A stretch of 42,286 nt of DNA from Callorhinchus milii (lineage: Eukaryota), in contig NW_024705465.1 in assembly GCF_018977255.1 (NCBI RefSeq), forward strand, positions 1 to 42,286, written 5' to 3'. Under the pieces are notes generated by a model. It saw only the letters and a program-made list of their open reading frames with translations, was not told the DNA's origin and did not search any database. A program made the translations under genes and the position numbers. Shown here piece after piece: positions 21,066-33,530 of the stretch. Position 1 is the first letter of the stretch. Each line of letters starts with the position of its first letter.

Positions 21066-22233
21066 TTAGTTTAACCTAGCTCTGTCTAGCTCGGGCGACC
21101 TGAGGACAGTCCCTCACTAGATGCCCTCGGCGATCGCACATATAACATGCCCGGGGAGGGGGGGCGGTTCCGTAGCGGGTCCCTGTCCGCTCCCTCCCCC
21201 CCATTACGCCGCTGTCCACCTCGCCTCTAGTCGGGCTACCCTCCCAGTAACCCTCCACCGTGGCGCTAGGTCCCCCATTTCGGATCGGATGGTCTCAACG
21301 GAGGATTGCAGTTGGTCATATTTTTATTTTACCCTCTCACCTACTTGGGTTATCATATCTCCCATGCCGGCCTGTAACCCGGCTACCCACCCCGGGGTCG
21401 TCTCGCTGGGTCTCTGTGGCTCTCTTTCCCGGCCCCTTACCGTCCTCGCGAGCTCCTGTTCCTCCTCCTCGTCTTCCGAGAGCAGGCTCGCAATGGCGCG
21501 CTCTCGTCCCAGCCCCCGGAGCTGCGCGCGTTCGCTGTGAATTCTTTCACACTTACGTGCGCGCTCGACAAGGGTGTTAAAGGGAAGACGTGGGCAGCTC
21601 ATGTCTGGCTGCCACCACGCCGTGCGAGACAGGTACCGCTGGATTTTCTCGGCGGCCAGTTCCTCAATAACATCAGTTGCGTACCCCGGGCGTGCGATCT
21701 TTGTTAACTCGCGCACATCCTCGGCGTAATCACGTAGATCTTCGCCAGGTTGGCGCCGGCGCGCCTCTAAGGCCGATTTTGCTTCCTCCTCGTCACGCGT
21801 GCCAAAACGCTGATCGAGTCGGCGCATCAGCTCCTCTAGCTGTGTCTGTGCGCTCGCGGGTAACGCTTCTACAAAATCGGCTGCCCGCCCATCAAGATTC
21901 ATATTAAGTTGACGTACTGCCTGCGCGTCCGTCCATCCATTAATTTCCTTGGCCCCTAAGAGATTGCGGGCGAATGCCTTCCACGAAGGGGCCCCCCGGC
22001 CGGTAAATATTAGTCTTATTTTAGCGTGAGGTAACGCGGGGGTCCGTACCCCTTCTGACACCAATTTGTGGGGGCCGTTGGCCCCCGGATCCCTCCCTCG
22101 ATAATGCTAACGGCCGGGCTAGCATCATCAATCGCCCCCCGCTGCTAAGCGAACCGCTGCTAAGTTCCTCACCTATGGTGTGGGAGCCGTCGCCCGCGGA
22201 TTCCCCTCCACCGCGGGTCCGCGTAATGGGCAT
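21066..22233 (-). pseudogene. gag: gag of copy A (starts in the 5' LTR; broken by small indels; CCHC knuckle)
   Basis: ORF pieces 22021-22233, 21324-22064 and 21076-21258 (CYMCDRRGHLVRDC) align with the intact gag of copy B. Confidence 0.85.
22052..22063 (-). promoter_or_regulatory. Primer-binding site, tRNA-Leu
   Basis: TGGTGTCAGAAG 3 nt after the LTR end; complementary to the 3' end of vertebrate tRNA-Leu(CAA). Confidence 0.85.
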
Positions 22234-23483
22234 GGTTAATTACCGATTAGTATTCTGCCCCTCTCTACTACGATACTTCCCTTTCCTAATCGCGCGCCTG
22301 CAACCCACGCGGAGCGAACGCACGCACGCCCACACACACGCCGCTCCGCGCACTCCAACTCAACTCACGTTATACTCGCGCACCTGTATCACACACGGAG
22401 TGAACACACGCGACACCCACTCTCGCACCGCTCTGCGCAGCGCTCCCCCGAGGCGAGCCGCAGCACTACAGAATCACTGCGTACCCACGCGCAACCCGCG
22501 CGCTCAGCTCCGCGCAGCGCTCACTCACGTGGCGAACCACTGTGCACACAGCGCACCCACACGCTCACACTGCACGACAAGATCACGCGAGACCACGCTT
22601 CGCTATTAATGATTTATTATATGCCACCTGCGAATTGATGTTGAATCAGTGAGTCGACGAGGCTGGCCTATTCCACTAAACCTGTACCTATTCCCTATTT
22701 ATCGGCTTACGATACCCTACTTCACCTCCCCACTCACTGTTTGGTGCCCGCGGAGGTTCGCTGCTCTCTGCGCTAACAGCGTACCTCGATGCGTCGCACG
22801 GACGTCCGGGTCGCTGGCTGGAACTCCTGCTGGTCCGCTGGCCTGGAGAGAAGGCGATTTCCCCTCTCCGCTCCTCTATTTATCCTCCCTACCTCAAAGG
22901 GGATGCTGCGCTGAACAATGGGCTCGTGCACCCCAAGCCCGCGCACGGCGGTTCCCGGGCGCTGTTGATATGCTAATCAGTGCGCGACGTTGGCGGCGTA
23001 CATCCTAATTACTCCCTTACCCTTCCTAACAATGGGGCCTGCGCGCTCAAGCGCAATTATCCCAACCCTCATGACTATGCGCAACAGCCCCTGTGACCCC
23101 GCTATTCATGCTGTCCGTGCCTCCCCTGCTTGCCCCGTCGACCCGTGGGAGTGTGTGTGGGGGGAAATGCGCCTCAACCGCGGTGGCCGAATGCCCCACG
23201 CCGCGACCACACCATATTAAGGCCGGCCGCAGCGCCGCGGTGCCACGTAGCACGGGGGGGTCATCCAATTCCCTGATCGCCGGAAACCGTGAGAATTAAT
23301 CCCGATAAGGGTCTCTCGGATAAAAACCGGTCGATCAGGTAACCTTCCCTTCCAGCTCTATGGGGGGGGGGGGGAATGCGTGCGGGTGTGTGCTTATGTG
23401 GGGGGGTGATGGGGGGCAGTGCAGTGGTGGAAGCCGGGCGGCTCCCTGGCTCGGCAGAGCGGCCCCGTCGTTGTGGCACCACA
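22067..23483 (-). repeat. 5' LTR of copy A
   Basis: TG..CA termini; followed by the PBS. Confidence 0.95.
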
Positions 23484-24924
23484 ATTACATCGTCGAGGTA
23501 GATTAGGCAAGAATCCCACTGGAGCCCAGCGAGGACCAGCTCCATTAGGCGCTGGAACGTCGCCGGGGCCGAGTGAAGACCCATGGGAAGTCTGTTGAAT
23601 TGGAACAGTCCCTGCGGCGTGCGAAAGGCCGTTTTTGGTTTGGATGCGTCATCAAGGGGTAGCTGCCAAAACCCCGAGAGGAGATCCAAGGTGGAGAAGT
23701 AATGCGCACCTGCTAAGGCATCGAGCGACTCGTCCATCCTGGGAAGCGGGTAGGCGTCGGCCACAGAAATCTTATTAAGTTTCCTGAAGTCAACACAAAA
23801 GCGGAGGCTCCCGTCGTGCTTCTTAACAAGAACGATCGGCGCCCCCATGGGCTATTTGATGGCGCAATAACATCGGCCGCCAACATATCGTTGACGGCCA
23901 CCCGTACACGTTCCTTTTCGGCCGGGCTCAACCGGAATGGGTTTTGACGAATTGGAGTGGCATCACCCGTGTCGATGTGGTGGCTTAGCAATTTAGTGCA
24001 GCCAATGTCGAATTTGCTTTGACTGAAAACGTCGGCGAAATCGCTCAGCAGCGTGCGTAATTTAGCATGCTGTAATGGTGACAAATCGGCAGAAGTGGAG
24101 CAAAGCGCGTCGAGCCATCCTGTGTCAGGACCTGGCTTGGCAACGGAAGAGAACTCGCCCCCTACGTGACCCACGATCACATCTTCTGGCGGGGCTGGCG
24201 TCGCGTGAGCAAGCACCATTCCCTGACAGATAACGGCCGTTTCCAATCCCGCGTTAAGGACCTGGATAAAGGGGTCGTGGTCGCTTCGCACGAGCGTTTG
24301 TGCACACACGAGGTCCAACACCCGCTCAGCTGAACGCGAAGGCCCGATCACAGCACCCCCCATGAACGCGTCGTAATCAAGGGGTTTACGAAACCGGAGG
24401 GGAACTAGCATCTGAGAGCCAGGAGGAATGTGAATTGTGCACGCCGCCAACGCCTGCACCGTCGTAGATGCGGAGTGCAACCGAGTGGGTGTGGGTAGGA
24501 AGGCCATGCGTCGGCCGGAGGGGAGCTCAATACACCCTTTGTTAATGAGAATTTTAATGGGCATCTTCCCCAAGAAATCTGTTCCGAGGAGGCACGGAAC
24601 GGCGAGGGTTGATGAGACCAAAATGGGCCCAACTAATTGGACGTCAGCAATGCGGATCTGAGCATTGATCCGTCCGGTGATGCCCAACGAACCCCCATTT
24701 GCGGCATAGCATGGCACATCAACTGGCTGCAAGGGACGGCATGTATCGGGCAAAATGTTATAAATTATGTCTGAAATGATGGTCGCCGACGCACCCGTAT
24801 CGATCAACATACGAACATCAACGCCCTCGATGGAACCCACTACGGCAGAGGACCCTGCCGCAGCGGCAACGACCCTATGGGCCAACTCGGACCATTGACC
24901 CGGTCTGAGCGCCCAGTTGTTCAA
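23484..24924 (-). pseudogene. pol: Family-2 pol fragment (protease + partial RT)
   Basis: ORFs 23713-24924 and 23261-23848; the latter is fused to LTR A after YLDDVI. Confidence 0.85.
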
Positions 24925-26440
24925 TGATGGGCCCGTATCCCCCTCCTCCGAAGCATGACCCCCTGTGTGGTGTGAGGGTGCGTGCTTGTTGTAAGTGGGG
25001 GCCGAGAGTGCGAGGTGTCGTGACTCGCCTGGGTATGCTGAGGATACGGTGGTGGCCGAGGCGCCGGAGGTCCTGAAGTCCGGCGTCGGGGGACCCGGCA
25101 GCCGGACGCCACATGGCCCCGAAGGCCACAGTTGTGGCAGACGATGGACGCTCCGTCCTGGCGCGAGGTTGGCCGGTCCCGCTGGTGGTGATCTCGCTGG
25201 GTTCGCCAGTTGGACGATCCGCGATTTTCTGTTGCTGCGAAGGCCTGATGAGGCCCCGAATGCACGTCATAGGCATGTGCATCAGGTGGGCCTGCGCAGG
25301 CTGCGATGGTCGTGTCCTCATCGCAATGTAGGTGTGCTTGGATGCACCTGGCAGCACGTAGCGACGTGAAGTCGTCGTCGGCTGTCGGCATGGCAACTCG
25401 AAGCTGGCGGGCCAAGCTCATGAGCTTCTGCAGCACGAGTGACTCCACAGCGTCTTCATCCATGCGAGGGTAGGCAACCTTCGCCATGGCCAGCAGCGCG
25501 CTGCGGTACCCCATCGCTGACTCGGAGGCCTTCTTCCTCCTCGCATCGAAGCGGTGACGTGCTTCGGATGGGGGTCCATAAATCAGCCGCATCTGATGAA
25601 GGGCATCCGTAAGCGTGGCACGTTTCGCGCGTGGCACAGCAAGGAGTGCTGCGAGAGAGTCGTCGTCGAGCATGGCCGGGAGGCCCTGGAGCGCTTCATA
25701 CTCCGACCAGCCGGACGTCTCTATAAGAGAGACGAACCGGCGTTCGAACGCTGCCCACTCACCCCCTCTGAAGAAAATGCCTTGAGTGCCGGCAGGCGTT
25801 GCTGGACGTGAGCCAAGCTTTCGTTGCCTGGCAACCCGGCTGAAGCTGGCTTCGCGTTCGCAGCGCTGTCACTCGGCGGTCGCAAACAACTGTCACCCGG
25901 CGGTGAGGGACGCAGCGCTGATGACGCGGCATTGCTGGGTCGCAAACAGCTGTCACCCGGCGGTGAGGGACGCAGCGCTGATGACGCGGCGTTGCTCGGT
26001 CGCAAACAGCTGTCACCCGGCGGTGAGGGACGCAGCGCTGATGACGCGGCGTCATCGGGTTGGCCCACGCTGGGCCCGGAAGTGACGTCGCTCCCAGTGG
26101 CCACTGCTCCCCCCGCAGAAGTGACGACACACCCGGATGTCTTTGTGTTGGAGCCGGCGGAATGGCGCGGTCGCTGCGCCGCCTCTCTCCCTGCTGCCTC
26201 CGCCTGTGAGCGACGCATGTCGTCAAGGATGGAGACGGTGGCGTGGAGCAGCTCGGTGAGGCGAAGCAGCGTTTCCTCCATTGCTGCTCCCGACGCTGGA
26301 GGAGGATCGGCAGGTGTGGTGGACGACTGCTCAGCCGGCGGTGCGGCGTTGTTGTCGGCCCGAGTTGGCTGCCCCGTCGCCGCTTGCTCCTCAACATCGC
26401 CGTCAGGACTGAAGGTACGTGGCTTACTTCTTGTCTCCAT
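24921..26440 (-). pseudogene. gag: Family-2 gag (frameshifted near 25700; CCHC knuckle; 60-bp tandem repeat)
   Basis: ATG (METRSK) at 26440 right after the PBS; ORFs 25721-26458 and 24921-25673. Confidence 0.75.
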
Positions 26441-26459
26441 TGCCACCTCTGACGCCAAC

Positions 26460-26972
26460 TATAACGGGTTCCGGAGACACTTGTAGATGTACTTCTTTAT
26501 TACAATACAACACTCCAACAGTACTCCAACTCTCCAATAGTCCTGATACTCTGTTACAGCCTAGGTACACAGCCTAGCTACACAGTCTAGATACTCTACT
26601 CTGGCTACGCGCCGGAACTCGCCCTCACAAGGTCGTAGAGTCGGGAGTTCCAGAGTCGGGAGTTCCCGAGTCCCAGCGCTGGCTCTCGCAGCATCCCAGG
26701 GTCTTCAGATGGCTGGTCGTGGGTCTTGGGTCTTGAGTTACAACTGGGCCCTGATCGTCCAGGGAGCTCTCATTTTATGCCTGGTCTAACGAGGGGTGGG
26801 GCCGTGTGCGCCACCAGACATCCCACAGAGCACACACAGTCCCCCCCCCCGTTGGTGGCGCCAAAAAGGCTTAAGCGCTTGGAACCCAACGCCTGGCGCC
26901 CAGAGGCTTAAGCGTCTGGACCCACCTGGGAACCCAGAGCCCCAGCAGCCCCTCCCTTCTTATGTCACTACA
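26460..26972 (-). repeat. 5' LTR of Gypsy family 2 (~510 bp)
   Basis: Begins TGTAGTG; CATAAAA at ~26773-26779, AATAAA at 26496-26501; ends 2 nt before the PBS. No partner LTR in the window. Confidence 0.65.
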
Positions 26973-26979
26973 GATCTAT

Positions 26980-29480
26980 GGGTTTAGAGAATTATTGTTT
27001 TAACAGTAAAAGGGTTTAGCGTGTTAGGGGGTTTGGGATTTTAGGGTATTTGGGTTAGGGTTTCAAAGGGTGAGGAGTTAGATGGATAGAGTTTTATGGG
27101 TAAATCGGTTTAAAGGGTTGGGGATTTAGAGGATTATAAGTTGAGGGTTTAGAGATGTACAGGGTGATGGGTTTAGAGGTTTAGAGGGTTAGGTATTTAG
27201 AGGGTTTGGGGTTTAGAGGTTTAGGGGTTGAGAGGGTGAGGGTTTTAAGGGTAAAGGGGTTTAAGATTTTAGCGATTTAGAGGGTGATGAGCTTGCAGGG
27301 TTAGGGTTTTAGAGGGTTACAGTTTAGTAGGTTATGGGTTCCGATTGTTACAGGGTTAGTGGTTTAGAGGGTTAGGAGTTTATAAGGTTAAGTGTTAAGG
27401 GTTTAGAGGTTTTGAGATTTTTAGGGGATCAGCGTCTTCGAGGTGTTTAGGGGTTGAGCGTATTAGGGGTTGAGGATTTTAAGGGTTAGGGGTTTAGAGG
27501 GTTGGTGTTTAGAGGGTTAGGGGTGTAGAGGTGTAGGGATTTCTAGGATTTGGAATTTAATGGTAAAGGGGAGTGTTAGGGGGTTTGGGGTTTCAGGGTA
27601 TTTGGGTTTGGGTTTCAAAGGGTGAGGAGTTTAGAAGGATAGGGTTTTATGTGTAAAGGCGTTTAGAGGGGTAGGGATTTAGAGGATTATAAGTTAAGGG
27701 TTTAAAGGTTTACAGAGTGATGGGTTAGGGGTTTAAGGGTTCGGAGTTTAGAGGTGTCAAGGTTTAGGGGTTTAAAGGATTAGGGTTTCAAGGGTAAAGG
27801 TGTTTAGAGGGTTAGGGGTTTAGAGAGGTATGTGTTTGAAGTGTTTATAGGTTTTGATTGTTATAGGTTTAGTGGTTTAGATGGATAGGAGCTTATGAGT
27901 TAAACAATTTACGGGTATTGAAGAGTTAGGGTGTTTTGGGGATAAGGGGTTTCGAGGTTTATGGATTTCGAGGGTTTCGGGTTCAGGGGTTGAGTGTGTT
28001 AGGGCTTGAGGGAATTCAAGGGTTAGGGGTTTAGAAGGTTAGGGTTTTAAGGGTAAAGGGCTGTATAGTGTTAGGTGTTTAGAGGATTAGGCTATTAGGG
28101 GTGTATGAGTTTAGAGGGTGAGGGATTTAGACAGTTATAGTTTTGGGGGTTTATGGGTTTGGGTTTTAGAGGGAGAGATTTTTAGACGGTTAGAGTTTTA
28201 AGGGTAAGGTCCTTTAGAGGATTAGGTATTTAGAATGTTAGAGTTTAGAAGATTTTGGGGTTAGAGGGGGGGTTTAGAGAGATATGTTTTTAGAGGTTTA
28301 TAGGTTTCGATTGTTAGAGGTTGAATGGTTTAGATGGTTAGGAGTTGTGGAGGTTATAAGGGTATGTGTTTAGGGGTTTAGAGGTATATGGGTTTTGAGG
28401 GTTAGGGGTTTAGAGGGTGATTGGGTTTAGGGGTTTAGAGGGTTAGGTTTTTAGAGGTTTATAGGTTTCGATTGTTAGAGGTTGAATGGTTTAGATGGTT
28501 AGGAGTTGTGGAGGTTATAAGGGTATGTGTTTAGGGGTTTAGAGGTATGGGGGTTTTGAGGGTTAGGGGTTTAGAGGGTGATTGGGTTTAGGGGTTTAGA
28601 GGGTAGGGGTGTTGGGGTTTGGGAGTTTAGAGGGTTTAACATCAAGACTTTGACAACTAATATTATCCATACTAAAGATGTTTTGGATTAGTCTCCAACA
28701 CTTAATGGCACTTTTGTTGACGTGACAAACTTTACTAATTGGCTGTGTCGGGTGGTGTCTGGTTTAACGACACATTTATATTTACACGATCTAACCCGAA
28801 AATATCTTTATTATGGGTTTGGAGGGTTAGGGGCTTTGAGTGTTATGTGTTTAGAGGGTTAGCGTTTTAGGGGTATAGGTGTGTTAAGGGTTAGGCGTCT
28901 TGAGGGTTAGTTCTTTAGAGGGTATGGGTGTTATAGGTATAATGGTTTAGAGGGTTTAGTATTTAGAGGGTGAGGGTTTTAGGGGTATAGGGGTTTTAAG
29001 GGTTAGAGATCTAGAGTGTTAGTTCTTTAGAGGGTTATGGTTTATATTGATTGGGATTTAGGTTAGGGATTTAGGGTCTTAGAAGGTTAGGGTTTCGAGG
29101 TTTAGAGTGTTAAGGTTTTAGAGTGTTTACAGGCTTTGGTTTTAATTGCTTAGAAGGTTAGGGTTCCAATGGTTAGGGGTTTAGAGGGTGATGGGTTTTT
29201 GGTGGGTTAGGGTGTAATGGTTGAGGGTTAGGAGTATAGGAATTTAGAGGGTTGGGGGTTTAGATGGTTAGGGTATTTCGGGGGTTTATAGGTTAAGATT
29301 TTAGAGGGTGAGGGGTTTAGCTGGTTAGGGTTTTAAGGGTAAAGGGGTTTAGAGCGTTTAGGATTTAGAGGTTTAGGGTTTAGCAGGTTATGGGTTTAGA
29401 GGGTTAGGGGTTTAGATAGTTATGTGTTTGGATGTTTAGAGGGTTTATGGGTTTTAATTCTTAGAGGTTTAGTGGTTTAG
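26980..29480 (+). repeat. Degenerate telomere-like satellite (GGGTTAGGGGTTTAGA-type)
   Basis: 2.5 kb with strong G/T strand bias and many TTAGGG/TTTAGAGGG units. A unique island lies at ~28640-28810. Confidence 0.9.
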
Positions 29481-29545
29481 GTCTCTGTGTGAGTCTAACT
29501 GGTCTGTGTGATTCTATGGTAAGATTAATAGAGTTCAAACTCTTT

Positions 29546-31175
29546 GGTTCTTTCGGTCAAGTCACTTAGGTGACTTGACCGAAAGAACCGTACATAACTC
29601 AGCTGACTTGATCTCTCTAATCAAGGGCATCTCACTGCCTCCAGATGATTTGCTTTTCAGCTTTGATATAGGCTCTCTGTTTACCAAGATTCCTGTACCT
29701 GACACCTTAGTAATAATTCAAGACTTGGTCCAACATGGACTGAATCATTATGTACCAACTTTGGTTAGGCACTGCCTTACCAACACTTACTTTACCTGGA
29801 ATGGTACTTTCTACAAACAAAACGAAGGTACCTCTATGGGTGTCCCCCCTTATCGCCAGTGATAGCGAATGTTTTCATGGAGAAATTTGAAAACAGATGC
29901 CATCTAGACATCCACCCTGCGTCCTTCCTTGTGGAAGATATATGTAGATGACACTTTCGTCATTTGGCCGGCATTGAATTAATTTCTCAACCACATCAAT
30001 TCCATATACCCATCCATCAAATTCACCATGGAAGTGGAGAAGGATGGTAAGCTACCATTCCTGGATGTTCTGTTTGAGAAGAGGCCTGACGGCTCGTTGG
30101 GACACTATCCACAGGACAGCCGCCCACACAGATTCCTATCTAAAACGTGATTCCCACCACCATCTGGCACGTAAGGATTCCCTCATAAAACACTACACCA
30201 TAGGGCCCACTGCATATCCGACAACATTATCTAGCCAGTGACCTGGAACAGAATTACACCAAGCCCTCAAGATTAATAGGTACTTGGTCCGCATTATTCG
30301 CAAAGCTGTTTCCCCAACCATGGAGAATCAATTTCCTGAGAATCCAATCAAAACCATCACTTTACCATACATAGCGGATGTACTAAAAACATTTCCAAAA
30401 TCTTAAACAAACACAAGATCCAGGTCCGATTCAATACAGTACACAAAATCCGTGATCTAATGTAATCTGTGAATGAGGTCATTCCTGACATGCAATACCC
30501 TGGAGTCTACAAACTGAGTTGTACCTGCGGTAGCCGTTACTGGGACAATGAAACGACATGTCTCGGAACGTGTTCGCGAACACAAGGAAGATCTGAAACA
30601 TGGCAGAACCAATACCTCTGTCGGAGCTGACCATTGTTATAACGCTGTGAGCCCGCATGATATTGTTTTTCCGAGACCAATGTACTTTGCAAACCTTCGG
30701 GCTTCTATCAAAGGTTTGTTCATGAAGCCGTCCAGATATAAAAACAGACAAAACTTAAACCGAGAAGATAGATACAAATTGAAAAATCATTGGAAGGATG
30801 TTATCAACCAGGTAATGCCTTAACTTGTTGTTGTTTCCATCATTACCTGCCGGTTTACTGCTAGCCCGCCCACGCCCCCCCACCCCTCAGCCTCATCTAT
30901 TCTTCCCCGAGCGCTCACGCCCCCCCCCTACCCCATACCCTCCCCTCTCTCTCTCCCCTTGCCTCCTCCCCCCTCTCTTACCTACATAACCTCTTGCCAC
31001 GGCAGCTCTCCCGCCGACTTCAGCATTTTCTTGCTGTGGTTGTCCCACCTGATAAAGATCGCTTGTGTTTCAATCGAAGTGTCGTGATTTGTTTTATTTT
31101 ATACCTACGTGACGTTACCAAAAGAACCAAAGAATATGGATTCCTGCAGTCACGAAAGCTTCAAATCAAGATTAA
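29546..31175 (+). mobile_element. Penelope-like element, 5'-truncated and decayed (RT + GIY-YIG + pLTR)
   Basis: FSFDIGSLFTKIP, EGTSMG and YVDD (TATGTAGATGAC at 29941) RT motifs; PGVYKLSCTCG and ERVREH (GIY-YIG). Short inverted pLTR hairpin at 29546-29589 and pLTR at the 3' end. Confidence 0.9.
31046..31086 (+). ncRNA. Degenerate hammerhead ribozyme in the Penelope pLTR
   Basis: CAC-CTGATAA-AGATCG..CAATC-GAAGTGTC-GTG: hammerhead layout with mutated core positions. Confidence 0.55.
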
Positions 31176-32689
31176 ATGAGTTCAGTTTAATTTGTATATT
31201 TTTGAACAGTTTGTTTTGGCTTTTCTGTCGTGTTTTTGTATTTTTGTTCTGACCTGCCCGATTGGACGGCTGTGAAAACATCTTTGTAGCTCATCGGATT
31301 CATCCAGTGTAAATAAATATTCAGATTTAAATTATATTGACCTCTGTGCGAGTCTATGGATTTCTGAGTTTGTGAATCTCTGTGAGTGTATGGGTCCCTG
31401 TGTCAGTATATGGGGTCGCCGTATGAGTTTATGAGTGTCTGAAGGAATGTATGGGTCCCTGTTGGAGTGTATGGATTTATGGGTCTGAGTGGGAATTTAT
31501 GGTTCTTTGAGCATGGTTGTTTGTGCGAGTCTTAAGTGCACAAATTGACCTTAAAAAGGGCATTGAGGGGTGCGGAATCCAAGTTCAATATTAAGCTCCC
31601 CGCAGTGCAAGCCAGCTCTTTAGTCGTATCATACAGCCCCTGTAATTCTTTATAATAATAAAATAGACTTACTCCAGGAAAGCCACGCTGAGTCATAGTA
31701 AGGTCCTGAATTTTTTTTATTGTAAGATGTTTTCAATCAATGAATGACGAGTGCTGACACAAGTGAGGGGAAACCAGAGCACCCGGAGAAAACCCACGTG
31801 TGTGCGAAGGGGCAGCATTTTAAACCGTACAGGTGACGATGGCGATGATCCCACTTGCTATACTGCTGGCCAGGAGAAGGCACCTCAACATCCACGGGAA
31901 GGGGGTTTCACAACATTTAATGTGTCATCCACCAACCCTTGCTGCCTTCTAGAGTGCTGGATCACAGGCTTGCGACACCACCGCCTGGCGAATAATTGTA
32001 GTTGTTATTTAAAGCTATATAGCGCGCACAAGAACGACTCAAGCGGTGCGAGGAACCACAGACATGCAGGAAGGAAGTCACGCGGTGAGCTGGCACCAAC
32101 GATTGCCCAAGCTCTGTGACGCTATTGATAAGTTGTTATCAACCAGATAGCGAGCGTTACGTGTGGGGGAAAACCGAAGCTCCCGGAGAAACCCCACAAG
32201 AGCGAATAGGCTACACTCGACCCCATGCACGTGGAACAAGTAAAGTCAACATTTTCTCGCCACACTGTATTCCCCTGTCTGTGGTTCCCAGCAGCCCATA
32301 CCCATTACGAGATCAAATGATTATTAAATTTAATAGCAATTAAAAAATATGAAATGATGACACCCCCCATCCGCCCCCTTCGGTGCCTTCATGGTCTAAT
32401 AGTTGGTCTTCTTGGCGCCACGGTCCCGAGCCCCTAAAAGTTCTTCATGGAGCGAATCTACGGGTGAGCCATTGCCTTGTCAGGGCTCATCCACTGATCC
32501 GGATCCCACCTGAAAATACCAGGCACAGATCTCCATATCATTAAAGCCACCTAGTGAATGGTGCCACGGGTGCATTTATCCCAGATATAAACAATTGTAA
32601 GTAATTAACATTTTTTTTTTACTTTGACCAGGAAAGGCCCACTCTCTTTCAGAAGCGGCCACACAATTACAGCTCAACAAATTGGCTTA

Positions 32690-32897
32690 TTACGCGGACA
32701 TTTATAGTAGCGAAATACTCTAAACACGTGTTTATAAATGTGGAAGGAAAACCCAGAGAACCCGGAGAAAAATGCACGCGACCATGGGGAGATGACATGC
32801 AAACTCCAAATACATAGGTGTCAGGGTAAGGATTGAATCCACGACCTCCTGGATACCCTGCGAAATAGTTAACATATCTCGCCACCGTAGCGCCCAA
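32690..32897 (-). mobile_element. V-SINE (tRNA head + V core)
   Basis: Minus strand GGAGTTTGCATGTCATCTCCCC...TCTCCGGGTTCTCTGGGTTTTCCTTCCACA matches the V-SINE core. Further core fragments at ~31772-31800, ~32160-32200 and ~32974-33012. Confidence 0.7.
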
Positions 32898-33174
32898 TTG
32901 TGATCACATGACATAGCAAAATGCCGCGATGCATAGCAATAATTCAATTGGGCAATTAATGAGCGTTCATACACGTGAGGGGAAACAGGAGTACCCGGAG
33001 AAAACCCACTCATGCAAGGGGGCAACCCTCTATCCCATGCAGACAGAGATGGCGCTTATCCCACTCCCTGTACTGCCTTCTCCTGGCCAGCCAGGATATG
33101 CCACCTCAACACCCACTACACTATGACATTTGTGAACCGAGTTTCAATTTCTGGCCACGGCTAACATCAGTGGC

Positions 33175-33530
33175 TATCTCCCTCTTCCTCTCCCGTCCCT
33201 CCTATTATCTCCCTCTTCTTACCTCGTCCCTCCCACTATCTACCTCTCCAATCCGTCCCACTATGTCCCTCTTCCTCCCCCTATCTCACTCTTCCTCTCC
33301 CTTGGCTCCCACTAACTCTCTCTTCCTCCCCTGCCCATCCGAATATCTCCTCTTCATCTTCGTCCCGACTAAAATTTCCCTCTCCTCCATCGACACCCCA
33401 CTCTCTCCCTCTTACTCCCCCGTCCCTCCCACTATGTTCTTCTTCCTCTCCCATCCCTCCCACTATCTATCTCTTCCTCTCCTGTCCCTCCCACGATCTC
33501 CCTCATCCTCTCCCGTCCCTTCCGCACCTT
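33175..33530. repeat. Pyrimidine-rich degenerate ~28-bp tandem repeat
   Basis: Recurrent TCCCTCCCACTAT..CTCTTCCTC units. Confidence 0.7.

Larger units (their letters stand above)
15468..23483 (-). mobile_element. Ty3/Gypsy LTR retrotransposon, family 1, copy A (defective)
   Basis: Two ~1.4-kb LTRs with TGTGG..CCACA ends, tRNA-Leu PBS, gag-PR-RT-RH-IN order. A ~61-bp deletion in pol at ~20037. No TSD. Confidence 0.95.
23484..26972 (-). mobile_element. Ty3/Gypsy family 2, 5' half only (LTR, gag, PR, N-terminal RT)
   Basis: LTR 26460-26972 and PBS-like TGGCGTCAGAGGTGG. gag has CHNCGLRGHVASGC, PR has LIDTGA, and RT runs to IYLDDVI where LTR A begins. Confidence 0.9.

Noticed and set aside
17339..21907. 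Many overlapping opposite-strand ORFs inside the Gypsy elements
   Set aside because: Expected shadows of GC-rich coding sequence; they recur in copy B only because the copies are near-identical.
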